From positions 43,471,089 to 43,535,088 of the forward strand of contig NC_068983.1 in NCBI RefSeq assembly GCF_001194135.2: DNA of 64,000 nucleotides. Reading direction: 5' to 3'. Position 1 is the first letter of the stretch. Every line of letters starts with the position of its first letter. Below are positions 25,368-37,936 of the stretch, one piece after another. Under the pieces are notes generated by a model. It was not told the DNA's origin, did not search any database, and saw only the letters and a list, made by a program, of their open reading frames with translations. The stretch is from Octopus bimaculoides. Its lineage: Eukaryota. The position numbers and the translations under genes are program-made.

Positions 25368-27229
25368 ATGTATATATTTGTTTGTGTTTGTTCACCCACC
25401 ATCGCTCGACAACCGATGTTGGTGTGTTTACATCCCTGTAACTTAGCAGTTCGGCAAAGGAGGCTGATAGAATAAGTACCAGGCTTACAAAGAATAAGTC
25501 CTGGGGTCAACTTGCTCAACTAAAGGTGGTGCTCCAGCATGGCTGCAGTCAGATGACTGAAACAAGTAAAAGAATAACTGATTTATTGCAGATAAATTTT
25601 AACAACAAAATTTTATATGGATCCCCAAAGGCCATATAAACCCCTGCTCTAACCTTTTGTCACTTAGTATAAAGCTTCTTTTCTCAACTCAATCAAAGGG
25701 ATTTTAGTTTTGCAAGGTCCAGGGAGACCTAGCACTCGGTACACTTTGTGGAGTAGTGGGCCTTAGGAAGGGCATGAAAACCATGCCAAAGTAGACAATG
25801 GAGCGTCACATATTCGTCTGTTCTGTGGGATCCTGTCAAACTGTCCAATCCATGCCAGCATGGAAGACAGATGTTAAAAGATGCTGATGGCATTTTTTTT
25901 TCTCTTCTGCTCTTTCTGTAGAATTTGTAACCATAAAATTTCTTCCTTTACGCCGTAGTGTTGGACGCACTTAATAACCATCTTAATTTTATTGAACATG
26001 GCAATTTATCTAGTCCATTGTCATCCCCCAGAGCCACAATTGCCCCTGTTTATTTTAATTCCTGTTATCGAGGCTTAGTGGTGTACAAGGGAGAGTGGTG
26101 ATATTTTTGTGGAGATTCTAGCATTGATAAAGATCAGTTCAACAACTTGGTCTAGAAGGCATTCAGCCAACATACAATCAGCACTGGATTAACCATTAAG
26201 CAAAATAAGCACGTGCTATAATATTATTCAGAATGTTTTATCTCTACCAGTTATAGAAGCAGATGTGTTACGTAAGATTAACTTTGTGGATTTGATCAAA
26301 GACCTTCCAGTTTAAAAAAGTAGGAGAAAACTTTTTATATATAAAGCAAAAGTTTACAAAGATGAACCAGCGTTGCCTTCTAGCACTTGTGCTGGTGGCA
26401 CGTTAGAAAATCATTCAAGCAAGGTCATTGTCAGTGCCGCTGGACTGGCTCCCGTGCAGGTGGCATGTAAAAAACACCTTTTTGAGTGTGCCCGTTGCCA
26501 GTACCGTGTGACTGGCCCTTGTGCCAGTGGCATGTAAAAGCACCCACTACACTCTCGGAGTGGTTGGCATTAGGAAGGGCATCCAGATGTAGAAACTCTG
26601 CCAGATCAGATTGGAGCCTGCTGCAGCCTTCTGGCTTGCCAGTCCTCAGTCAAATCGTCCAACCCATGCTAGCATGGAAAGCGGACGTTAAACGATGATA
26701 ATGATGATGATGATTTTACTGTTAGTTTTGTTTTATTTTGAAAAATAAAAATTTATTTTCTGGTTTATAATAGTTTATATTTTGAAGTTCATATTTATGG
26801 GAGCACCAAAAAAATCCTTGAAGTGTTTAGGGCCTTTGTGGGTCTTCATCTGGCCCTGCATACTACAAATAACTTCAAAAAGACCTCTTTCCTTTAGGGT
26901 TAGGCATATTTATACTGCCAGCTGGTCCTGTCCATGATGCATGTAGAGTGACATAGTCCACAGCCATGCTGCACACACTCATGTCTGAACAATGCTGACA
27001 TCAACAGAAATGTCAAACAGCTGTTGTTACATGTAGGACACATCTGGCCATTAGTCAAGTCCAGCTTATCATCATCATTGTTTAATGTCTGTTTTCCATG
27101 CTGGGATGGGTTGGACGGTTTGACTGAGGTCTGGAGAGCCAGTGGCTGCACCAGGCTCCAATCTGATCTGGCAATGTTTCTACAGTTGAATGCTCTTCCT
27201 AATGCCAACCACTCTGAGAGTGTAGTGGG

Positions 27230-27835
27230 TACTTGTTATGTGCCACCGGCACAGGAGCCAGTCAGGCGGGCCTGGCATCGATCATGTTCAGACAGTGCTT
27301 TTTACATGCCACCGGCACAAGAGCCAGCCAGGTGGTACTAGCATTGGCCACAATCGGTTGGTGCTTTTTACTTGCCACTGGCATGGGAGCCAGTCAAGCA
27401 AACCTGGCATTTGGATGGTGCTTTTTACGTTTGGATGGTGCTTTTTACATGGCACGGGAGCCAGTCTGGGGGTACTGGCATCAGCCATGTTTGGTTGGTG
27501 CTTTTTATGTGTCACCAGCACAGGAGCCAGTCAGACGGGTCTGGCATCAGCCATGATTGGATAGTGTTTTTTACGTGCCACCAGCACGGGAGCCAGTCAG
27601 AAGGTACTGGCATCGGCCACGATTGGTTGGTGCTTTTTACGTGTCACTGGCACGGGAGCCAGTCATGGGATACTGGCATCGGCCATGATTGGTTGGTGCT
27701 TTTTATGTGCCACCGGCACGGGAGCCAGTCAGGCGGGCCTGGTATCAGCCATGATTGGATGGTGCTTTTTACGTGCCACCAGCACAGGAGCCAGTCAGAG
27801 GGTACTGGCATCGGCCATGATCAGTTGGTGCTTTT
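27230..27835 (+). repeat. Tandem array of about nine to ten ~63-bp units inside a SINE-like repeat
   Basis: Unit approximates gtgcttttacgtgccaccggcacgggagccagtcaggcggtactggcatcggccatgattggttg, degenerate. The same unit occurs in 1-3 copies in other members of the family. Confidence 0.85.
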
Positions 27836-28316
27836 GCCAGTCATAATAATCTTTTATGCTGTAAGCACAAGGCCTGGAATTTTGAGAGAAGGGGATAATC
27901 AATGTAACAGACCCTAGTACACAACTGGTACTTATTTTATCAACCCTGAAGGCATGAAAGGCAAAGTCGACTTCAGTGGGATTTGAACTCAGAACATTAA
28001 GACAGACAAAATGCTGCTAAGCATTTTGCCCAGCATGCTAATGATTCTGCCAGCTTGTCACCTTTTTATTGTCAATATTTATGAATATTATCCTTTGACC
28101 TTTTCTGTGTTTGAAGCTTTTGAAGGTTTTGTTATGACAGCCAATCTTGACAGCTCAGTAAAAATATTTAAAAGTCATTATGTCTATTTACTTGTTATAT
28201 TCTCAGTTAATTAATTTTCTTTTTTTTGTTTTGTTAATTTCAGCAATAATGAGTTGGTGTGAAGATATCTCTCTATTGTAATATCAATATCGAAATAAGC
28301 AGAGAAAAAAGTGAAA

Positions 28317-28625
28317 ATGAAAGGTGCTAAGGGCCAACGCAAGTTAGTGAAAGCTAACATTGCAGACGGTTCTACCATCATTGTTAAACATCCACAACCA
28401 AAACACAGTAACCAAATAAATTCCAAATCTAAAAAGGAGCCAAATAATCTGAGAACCTCCACTGCTTTTAACAACCCTCAACCAGAACAGGGTATGGATT
28501 TGTCTGTGGTGCCAAATAATTCCCATCCGTCCTCATCTTCCAGTAGTTCTATTGTCTATACAAAAGCTAAGAGATACTCAACAGAGCCTCTGTCAGACTC
28601 ACTAAATTCCAGTGGACAATTACAG
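28317..28625 (+). CDS. BLZF1: BLZF1/golgin-45 first coding exon (MKGAKGQRK...SGQLQ)
   Basis: Exon starts at 28244 after a long T-tract and cAG. In-frame TAA at 28296, ATG at 28317, donor CAG|GTAAG in phase 0 joining the next exon. The N-terminal sequence is divergent, so assignment rests on splicing continuity. Confidence 0.75.
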
Positions 28626-31600
28626 GTAAGTGTTCATTTATTCAGCTTGGTAATGAAGGGCTTATATCATATCATCATTATCATCTTTTTAACACTCACT
28701 TTCCCATGTTTGCCTGGTTCAAATGGAATTTGTTGAGGAGTTTCCACAGCTAGATGCCCTTGTCACCAACCCTCACCTGTTCCAAGTAAAGACACCTAAA
28801 ACACACCCACTACACCCTCAGAGTGGTTGGCGTTAGGAAGGGCATCCAGCGGTAGAAACCTTGCCAGATCAGATTGGAGCCTGGTGCAGCCGCTGGCTTT
28901 CCAGATCTCAGTCAAACCATCCAACCCATGCCAGCATGGAAAACGAACATTAAACGATGATGAGGATGATGATGATGATGATGATGTGTGTGTATTTTGT
29001 GAATTGGTTGTAAACAAACGCTTCACTAATGGTATCATTTGCTTGCTGTCTCCCACAAAAACATTTCTTCGTTTCTTGACATGTTGCAAACAAAAAGCCT
29101 CATTTTTGTGACATTTGTTTCCTGTTATCTACAGGAGCTTATCTAAGCTGTTTTGTTGCTTGATTGACTGGGAGATTATTACCTCACTTGCACACAAGTA
29201 AGGGTTAGCAATAGGAAGAGCATCCACATATAGAAAACTCAACTCCAGCATATTCGCATTAGGTCCATGCAGGCATGAAAAATATACACATTAAAACATG
29301 AGGATAATATACACACACAACTCTTTTACTTGTTTCAGTCATTTGACTTTGGCCATGCTGAGCACTGCCTTTAGTCGAGCAAATCGATCCCAGGACTTAT
29401 TCTTTGGATGCCTAGTACTTATTCTATCAGTCTCTTTTGCCGAACTGCTAAGTTACAGGGACGTAAACACACCACCATCAGGTGTCAAGCGGTGTTGGGA
29501 GGACAAACACAGACACACAAACATATATACACACATACATATGTATATATACACATATATACGGCAGTCTTCTTTCAGTTTCGTCTACCAAATCCACTGA
29601 CAAGGCTTTGGCCGGCCTGAGGCTATAGTAGAAGACACTTGCCCAAGGTGCCATGCAGTGGGACTGAACCCAGAACCATGTGGTTGGTAAGCAAGCTACT
29701 TACCACACAGCCACTCCTGTGGGAAAAGAAACAATAAAAAAATGAAGACGAAAGAACAGATGCAGCAGACCAGCGTGTGACTGCTGCCACTCGCTGTGAT
29801 GGGCAGGCAAAATAGATGGTGAGGACCTGGTGGATGCAGGAGAGGAAGGAAGGAGGATGAAGAGAAAATGAAATGCTCATGGAGCTGCAAAGCGTACGAC
29901 ACCATCACATCATCATCATTTAACATTCGCTTTCCTTACTGGCATGAGTGAATGGTTTGACAGGGAACTGGTGATCTGTCAGACTGTGTCCTGTGTCAAG
30001 CTCTGGTGTCAGCTTCAACTGGACGCTCTTCCTTATGCCAACTACTTTACAGAGCACACTGGGTGCTTTTTTTGTGCCAACTGCACTAGTGAAATTGCCA
30101 TGCAATCTGTAAGGCATAAAAGGGCCGGTAGCACGTAAAAAGCACCATTCAAACGTGGCTGTTGTCAGTGCCGCCTGACTGGCTCCTGTGCCTGTAGCAC
30201 ATAAAAAGCACAGTCCACACATGGCCGATGTCAGTGCCCCTGACTGGCTCCTGTGCCAGTGGCATGTAAAAAGCACCCACTACACTCGGAGTGGTTGGCG
30301 TTAGGAAGGGCATCCAGCTGTAGAAACCTTGCCAGATCAGATTGGAGCTTGGTGTGGCCTCCTGGTTTGCCAGTCCCCAGCCAAGCCGTCCAACCCATGC
30401 CAGCATGGAAAGCAGACGTTAAGCGATGATGATGATGAAAAGTACAGAGAGAATGGAAAGGGGAAAAAGCTCACACACCCCCTACCACACACACACATGC
30501 ATGTGGCTGAGCACTCAACAGACACGTGTACCCTTAACATAGTTCTCGGGGAGATTCAGCGTGACATAGTGTGTGACAAGGCTGGCCCTTTGAAATACAG
30601 GTACAACAGAAACAGGAAGAAAGAGTGAGAAAAAACTGTGGTGAAAGAGTATGGCAGGGTTTGCCACCACCCCCTACCGGAGCCTTGTGGAGTTTTAGGT
30701 GTTTTCGCTCAATAAACACTCACAACGCTCAGTCTGAGAATCGAAATCGCGATCCTATGACTGCAAGTCCACTGCCCTAACTGCTTTATATATATATATA
30801 TATNNNNNNNNNNNNNNNNNNNNNNNNNNNNNNNNNNNNNNNNNNNNNNNNNNNNNNNNNNNNNNNNNNNNNNNNNNNNNNNNNNNNNNNNNNNNNNNNN
30901 NNNNNNNNNNNNNNNNNNNNNNNNNNNNNNNNNNNNNNNNNNNNNNNNNNNNNNNNNNNNNNNNNNAACATTCTTTCCTTATTTATGGTTTGAAAATATT
31001 TTTTTATTGTTTTATTTTATTTGATTTTGGTATTAGTTTTAGTTTTATGATATTTAATTTTTCTTTGACTTTCATGTCCAACCAATGATTCTGACGTGTG
31101 TGGTTTGGAAGTGTCGGCTTAGACTGTTTGAGTGTGTTGCTTGATTTTCTAGGTTAGACCCCGCTTAGCATGTTATCTTCACTAAGGGATCCAGGTGGGT
31201 TGATGGCTCATGTTGGTCAACCACATGCCACTGGCACCAGTGAAGTCACTAACTCAAAATTCCTGTTGGATGAGATTCCTCAACTGAGTTGGGATGCAAT
31301 ATCAAGGGAGGAGGCTTTGTGCCAGGTGTTGAGAGGCTAAAGTATAAAGGGAAGGGATGTGTCTTGTTGTAGAGGAGATATATGGTAACCCCAGCAGAGA
31401 AGGGAGAAAAGCTGGTGGGGATGAAGTACTAGGACATACTCTCATACAAGAAGATGGATTAAGAGAGAACGGGGACAAGGGATCAAGGATAGGCGGATGG
31501 GTAAGTTCACAAGACTATGAAAGGAGAGTGACAGACGGTAGAGATGAGGAAAGAAGTGAATAGAGTGAGTGGTGAATGTGGGTGGAGGTGTGGTGAATCT

Positions 31601-31723
31601 CAGGGTGGGGTGGAGGGTATGTGGCAAAACATAAAAAGGTGAGGTGGGGTGGTGTACAGAAAACAGTATAAGAAAACCAAAGTCTTCATAGTAAAGTTTA
31701 TTCCTTTCTCTTCTATTTTCCAG

Positions 31724-31987
31724 AGAGTTTTAAAACCTGTGAATGTGGTCGATCCATTGATGGCAACCAGTGTTGATATGACAGTTAGTACTAATAATTT
31801 GGATGGAGGCAACCATTCTAATACCAGTGCTGGAGAAACTTTGAGTGGTTCTGTGATACCATCTTCCATTTCCCACCTTGATTTAATCAATGGACCAAAA
31901 TGTTGGAGAGATTCTTGTAATGATGAAAAGAAATATTTCCAACGAGAGATTGATTCATTAAGATCCCAGCTAGATGTTCAAGTACAG
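31724..31987 (+). CDS. BLZF1: BLZF1 coding exon 2 (RVLKPVNVV...FQREIDSLRSQLDVQVQ)
   Basis: 264 nt, ttctattttccAG / GTaaga, phase 0/0. The end aligns with human QDKEGLSNQLRVQTE. Confidence 0.88.
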
Positions 31988-33189
31988 GTAAGAAAGAATT
32001 TCATTTGCTAATCAGTACTTAAATTCTCTGTAATTAAATTGATATATTTGATGTATGTAAGCACAGGTGTGATTGTGTGGTTAAGAAATTTACTTCCCAT
32101 GCACATGGTTCTTGGTTCATTCTCACTGCATGACATCTTTGACAAGTGTCTTCTGTAAATCTTGGCCGACCAAAGCCTTGTGAGTAAATTTGGTAGACAG
32201 AAACTGAGTGAGAGAAGGTGACGAGCTGGCAGAAACATTAGCACGCTGGGCGAAATGCTTAGTGGTATTTTCACCTGTCGCTACGTTCTGAGTTCAAATT
32301 CCACCGAGGTCGACTTTGCCTTTCATCCTTTCGGGGGCGATAAATTAAGTACCAGTTACACACTGGGGTCGATGTAATCCTTTTGTCTGTCCTTGTTTGT
32401 CCCCTCTATGTTTAGCCCCTTGTGGGCAGGAAAGAAATAAGAAACTGAGTGAGAGAAACCAGTCATAAGTGTGTGTTTTCAGTATCATCATCATTTAATG
32501 TCTGTTTTCCATGCTGGCATGAGTTGGATGGTTTGCCAGGAGCTGACCAGACTCCAGTTGTCTGTTGTGGCATGGTTTTTACAGCTGGATGCCTTTCCTA
32601 ATGCCAACCACTTTACAAAGTGTGCTGCTTGCTTATGTATACTTATGTATATATGTGTGTTTGTGTCTCTTTGTCTCGACACTGTGTGGTTGTTATAAAT
32701 GAGTCACACAGTGTCATTAATTTCTAGTAATCTGTGGAAACATGTCTGGTCATGGGGAAATATTCCATTCCACCTTTGCTCTCAAGCATATTGGGCAGCA
32801 AGTTGATACCACTGGTTTCTCTTGACTGCAGTTATGAATGTTCTGCATTACATAGCTTTCAGTTTTCTTCTGGACACCAATGGTGTCTGTTTGAAATTCA
32901 TAACTGTTGGCAACAGTAAAAAAATCTGCTTCAATAAACAGCCTAACCCCAGTGGAAAAGTGGATGTTAAAACAATGAGGATGATGATGATGATGAGGAG
33001 GAGGATGGCAGCAGTGATGATGATCCTAGTTCTTAATTGCAATCAGTATATTGACACAAACTTAACTAGTGCTGGTGATGGTACCATGTAAAAAGCACCA
33101 ATTTCACTCTGTAAAGTGGTTGATGTTGGGAAGGGCATCCAGTTGTAAAAACCATGTGGAAACCGACTATGGAACCTGGTATAGCCCCT

Positions 33190-33440
33190 GGCCTTGCCAG
33201 CCCTTAGCCTTGCTAGCTCCTGGCTCTGCCAGCTCCTGGCTTTGCCAGCTCCTGGCTTTGCCAGCTCCTTGCCTCGCCAGCCCTTTCCCTCGCCAGCCCT
33301 TTCCCTCGCCAGTCCTTGGCCTCGACAGCTCCTGGCCTCACCACCCCTTGGCCTCGCCAGCTCCTGGCTTTAGCAGCTCCTGGCCTCGCCAGCCCTTGAC
33401 CTTGCCAGCCCTTGGCCTTGCCAACTCCTGGCCTTACCAG
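33190..33440. repeat. GC-rich minisatellite (~15-16-bp gccagctcctggcttt / gccagcccttggcctc units)
   Basis: Direct tandem repeats inside a SINE-like copy. Produces spurious ORFs 33069-33494 and 33213-33515. Confidence 0.85.
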
Positions 33441-33968
33441 TTCCTGTCTAACCATCCAACCCACACTAGCATGGAAGTAGACATTAAGTTTTGAGACCAT
33501 GGCTGCCAAAGTCAATAAAGCACCATCTTGCTGCTAGCTGACTTCTTGCAGTTGTACTTAATCCATCTAACAGATAATCCATGGTGTGTGTTACTTAACT
33601 AACCATAATTAAATCACTTCCCAATCACATGGTTTTAAGTTCAGTCCTCACTCCTACATCTTGGGCAAGTGTCTTTTACTGTAGCCGCTAGCTGACCAAA
33701 GCCTTGTGTGTGAATTTGGTCGATGGAAACTAAATGAAGCCCATCAGTATATGTCATCATCATCGTTTTAACATCCACTTTTCCATGCTTGCATGGGTCA
33801 GACGATTGTTGTTCAGGAAGCATGCAATTTTTGAAGAATGCATTGTCATGACAGCTAACAACTGATGTGGTTAGTTTATTCTATCTTGCATGACCGCTTT
33901 TCCAGATATTTTTAATTAAACTTACAACATTGCACAGTTGTATTTCATTTCTATAATTTTATTGTCAG

Positions 33969-34045
33969 GTGAATAGTGAATTAAAGAAATTGCTGGTTGC
34001 CTCCCTTGGTGAAGATTTACAATATCGAGTGGAGAAGCTGCTGAG
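33969..34045 (+). CDS. BLZF1: BLZF1 coding exon 3 (VNSELKKLLVASLGEDLQYRVEKLLR)
   Basis: 77 nt, AG / GTaggt, phase 0/2. Close to human VNRELKKLLVASVGDDLQYHFERLAR. Confidence 0.95.
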
Positions 34046-34175
34046 GTAGGTTTTTTTCTTTCTTCATTTTATTTACTTTTAATGCTGATCGATATTTTGA
34101 GTCATCTGTCTGTATAGTAGAACTCTATTCAAATTTGTCATCCTAATAAATATACAGATTCCTATTTAAAGCCCA

Positions 34176-34740
34176 TTACCCCTATCTTGCTCAGGACATT
34201 GACCTCCTGGAAACTGTTCAGAGACATGCAACCAAGCAAATACCCTCCATCAGAAATCTACCATACTCTGAACGCCTTGCTTCCCTGGGCATAGATACAT
34301 TGAAGCTCCGACGTCTATCAACTAACTTGGTAAACACCCACAAAATTATTAACCACCTCGAGCACCTTTTTGAGCTCCATGTGTCTAACACATGTGGGCA
34401 TGCCTACAAAGTCAGAAAACAGCACAGCTCCCATGACTTTCAGAAACATTTTTTTACACTCAGAGTTGCTGAAGCATGGAACAAACTACCTGCATCAGAT
34501 GTTAATTGCTGAGACATTGCATCCTTTAAAACCTCCATGCTTCCTGAAATTCGCCAACACTACACCTGATATCCCCCCCACGCCATACGTATGTACACAT
34601 GTATATCATGACTCATACACTGTTCACTTTCCTGACTTTTGTACATAATTCTATGTACTGTACATGCACTTTTGAGGAGTTGTAGTGCACCTGAGCACTG
34701 TACACAATAATCTCATTATTATTATTATTATTATTATTAT
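34176..34740 (+). mobile_element. 5'-truncated CR1/L2-clade LINE (RT C-terminus, 3'UTR and (ATT)n tail)
   Basis: Translates as PYLAQDIDLLETVQRHATKQIPSIRNLPYSERLASLGIDTLKLRRL...FFTLRVAEAWNKLP, the typical CR1-like C-terminus. A second copy of the 3' tail lies at ~35124-35220. Confidence 0.88.
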
Positions 34741-35990
34741 TCCCTTTCTCTCTTTCGGAGAGGCACAAGCACATACACAGACATATACACACATGGCAGT
34801 AACTTCCGCCTACCAAATTCAATCACAAAGCTTCGGTCAGCCTGGGGCTATAGCAGAAGACACTTGCCCAAGGTGCCACACGGTGGGACTGAACCCGAAA
34901 CCATGTAGCTGGGAAGCAAGCTTCCATTATTATTATTTATTATTATTATACACACACACACATATGCAAATGAGTAGAATGAGATCTGGATTCAGAGAGC
35001 TCAGAGCACCTTTTGTGGCCTTGGCTATCAAGTCCACATACTAATCAAGTACAAATTAATATAATGTTAACCTATGGAAGTCAGGTGGAGAAGACTCATT
35101 AAGCCAGATGAAGCCGTAGTTACTTTCCTGACTTTTGTGCATAATTCTGTGTACTGTACATGCACCTTTGATGAGTTGTAGTGCTCCTGAGCACTATACA
35201 CAGTTATTTTGTTATTATTATACTCTTATAAATAGATGACCCCCTTGTACAAAATAAACAACCTCTACTATGAATAGCTAAAATCATCATTTAACATCCA
35301 CGTTCCATGCTGGCATAGGTTGGACGGTTTGACAGGATGTGATGGGTCCAAGGGACTGTATTGTGCTCCAGTCTCCTCGTTGGCATGGTTTCCACCCTTC
35401 CCAATGTCGACCACTTTACAGTGTCTTATCTGGGTTGTTTCATTGGACCATTGGTACCATTGAGGTCACCATGCAGCTTACAAGCCTACAAAACACAAGG
35501 CCCGATGGACTCAATGCTATCAGTTGACAGTTAAGGAGAAAGGGTGGGACACAACAGGTTCTTGTTATAGGTGAGTTACATGGCTGCTTACATTTAGAAG
35601 AGAGAGTGAGGAAGGAATCATTAGTAGCTGCAAAGCGATAAATATTGGTGATGAAGTGTCCAGGTGGCACTTCAAAGTATGAGCTAATATTCGTCAGCCA
35701 TTAACAAGAATTGAAAGTCAACTTTATCATTTACAAAGATAAAATATCTTCATTTGACTTGATGGTCTTAGTAGTTTTTAAAGAAAAATTCTTTTTGAGA
35801 AGGTACTCTGAGATGAAAGGCAAAGCTGATCTCGGTGGAATTTGAACTCAGAATGTAGAGACAGGCGAAATACGTCTAAGCATTTTATCCAGTGCCCTAA
35901 CAATTTTGTCAGTTCGCTGTTGCCTTAATGATGATAATAATAAAGGATAAATTTATCCAATTATATTTGTTTGTCTTCATGTTTTTACAG

Positions 35991-36113
35991 GGATAAAGCT
36001 CAATTATCTTTGGAAGTCGGTGGTTATACAAAGAAAGTTTCAGAAGATTATGAAAACCTTGACCGATTGTCCATTCAAGCTGACATTTGGAGAAGCAAAT
36101 TTATGGCCAGCAG
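35991..36113 (+). CDS. BLZF1: BLZF1 coding exon 4 (DKAQLSLEV...LDRLSIQADIWRSKFMASR)
   Basis: 123 nt, gtttttacAG / GTaaat, phase 2/2. Matches human EKNQLILE...LERMSIQCDVWRSKFLASR. Confidence 0.95.
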
Positions 36114-36144
36114 GTAAATTACTTCCACAATAAATTCTTATTAA

Positions 36145-36596
36145 CCCTTTCGATACCAACCCAGCTGAAACCGTCTTGTTTCCATAAATTTTGAATTAAA
36201 ATCTTCCACCAAACCATAGTCACAATTTATGTTCCTAACATTAGCTTAATGATAACCAAGTTATTTTACTAAATTTTTTGTTATATTTAAAATTAATTGA
36301 AAGAAACACAGAGCATCTCAAAATAGATATGGTAACAAAAGGGTTAAAATATATAATAGCAAAACCAATTCTTAACCCTTTTGATACTAACTCGGCTGAA
36401 ACCACCTCTGGCTCTGTAGTACAAATGACTTGTTTTCAAAAGTTCTGAATTAAAATCTTCTACCAAACCTTATCCACAATATATGTTCCTCACACTAGCT
36501 TAATGATGACTAAGTTATTTTACTAAATTCTTTGTTATATCTAACGTAATTGAAAGAAACACAGACCATCTCAAAATAAATGCAGTAATGAAAGGG
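36145..36596. mobile_element. Two tandem piggyBac-type MITEs (36145-36343 and 36376-36596)
   Basis: Each runs TTAA|CCCTTT...AAAGGG|TTAA, is ~200-220 bp and AT-rich, with no ORF. Confidence 0.85.
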
Positions 36597-36836
36597 TTAA
36601 AATTTTGAAAATATAAATGTAACATTTAAAAGTATTTACTTGGCTGATTAGTATAATGAGTGTGGATGGGAGGAGTATAGGATTCATAATACTTAATCTT
36701 TGGCAGCTATTGGCAGTGATATCACATGTTTGGTAGCTATTAGTGATGTTAGTTGACAATTTTCTGTTAACAGTTCATCCAACAAGAAAAAAAAATGAAA
36801 GAGCTGGAATATGAAAATTCTTACTTTTATTATATA

Positions 36837-37382
36837 CGAGGTCTGTTCAAAAAGTATTAGGACTGGTGCTAAAAAAAAAAAAAAAAAAGAGATCTACAAC
36901 ACATCAATCCAGCATTTAATCTCCTTCGAATTAGTCCCTTTCTAAAGCCGCACACTATATCCAGTGTTGTTTCCATGGATGGAAGCATTCGTGGAACTTC
37001 TCTTTTGGGATAGCAGGCTTCTGCCTCATTTCATTCTCTTGGATTTCCTCAAAATCTTGAAATCTTGTTGGAGTCTTCCACTGCAAAGACCCACACTTTG
37101 TCACTAGCCATAGACCCATGCTTTCTCTTCTGTTGTGGCTGTTTTCAAAATGTCTTTCTTTCTCGGCACAATCCAGAAGATCCTGTGCAGCTGCAACTTG
37201 ATCTACACTTGACAAACTTTACTTCCAAGCACTACTATAAACAGTGAAAGTGAGCAAGAATGTTACAGCTTAGTGTGCATGTGAGACAGAGTTCAAGGCG
37301 TACCTGTACCAAGCAGCTTCATTCAGTGTACTTTAGCTCTGTTACCATAGCAACAATCCTGATATTTTTTAATCAGATCTTG
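36837..37382 (-). mobile_element. Internally deleted Tc1/mariner element with transposase C-terminal remnant
   Basis: Imperfect ~29-bp TIRs (CGAGGTCTGTTCAAAAAGTATTAGGACT / reverse complement CAAGATCTGATTAAAAAATATCAGGATT), with TA on both sides. Minus-strand RFQDFEEIQENEMRQKPAIPKEKFHECFHPWKQHW resembles the mariner C-terminal helix region. Confidence 0.85.
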
Positions 37383-37807
37383 TATTTATATACATATATA
37401 TGTATGTGAATGTTTTTTTCTCACTTCACATTAAATCTGTTGAGCTAACAAAGCTAGTTTATTGACATGCTCTGCCAACAAAATCGTTATCTAGTTCTGT
37501 GCTTTTGAAGGTATTTGGATTTTTTTAAAAATCTAATCTCTTGCTTGAAAAACAGGTAAATGTGAGCAACAAGAAGGGTATATTTCCAGTTAAATAAACA
37601 GAATAAAAAATTATACTCAGTTTAGTGTGATTTTTCTGAACTGAACACATATCACATAAAAAATTGTTTCTTGTTGATTATTCAGTAACTACATCACAAT
37701 CACTATAAAACCACATTACTCTAGCGTTCCACTTCTAAACACCATATTATTGTACTGTTTTGAAATATAGATGCCATATAAAATACTTTTGTATTTTCTC
37801 CTATTAG

Positions 37808-37936
37808 AGTTCTAATTGATGAACTGGCCAAAGGAAGAGGATTGTTATCTTCCCAATATCAAGAATCTCAAGATGCCATTCAAAGGTTGTTAAACGAACG
37901 ACATGAATTACAGTCTCACCTCATGGAATCTTACAA
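37808..37936 (+). CDS. BLZF1: BLZF1 coding exon 5 (VLIDELAKGRGLLSSQYQESQDAIQRLLNERHELQSHLMESYK)
   Basis: 129 nt, ttttctcctattAG / GTaagt, phase 2/2. Matches human VMADELTNSR...AIQDLLSEREQFRQEMIATQK. Confidence 0.93.

Noticed and set aside
27233-27917. ORFs of 107-181 aa and a superficially CRISPR-like periodic array
   Set aside because: Degenerate tandem units with no unique spacers, no cas genes and a eukaryotic context. The ORFs are by-products of the repeat.
33069-33515. Pro/Ala-rich and Arg/Gly-rich ORFs on both strands
   Set aside because: Translations of a GC-rich minisatellite within a SINE-like copy.
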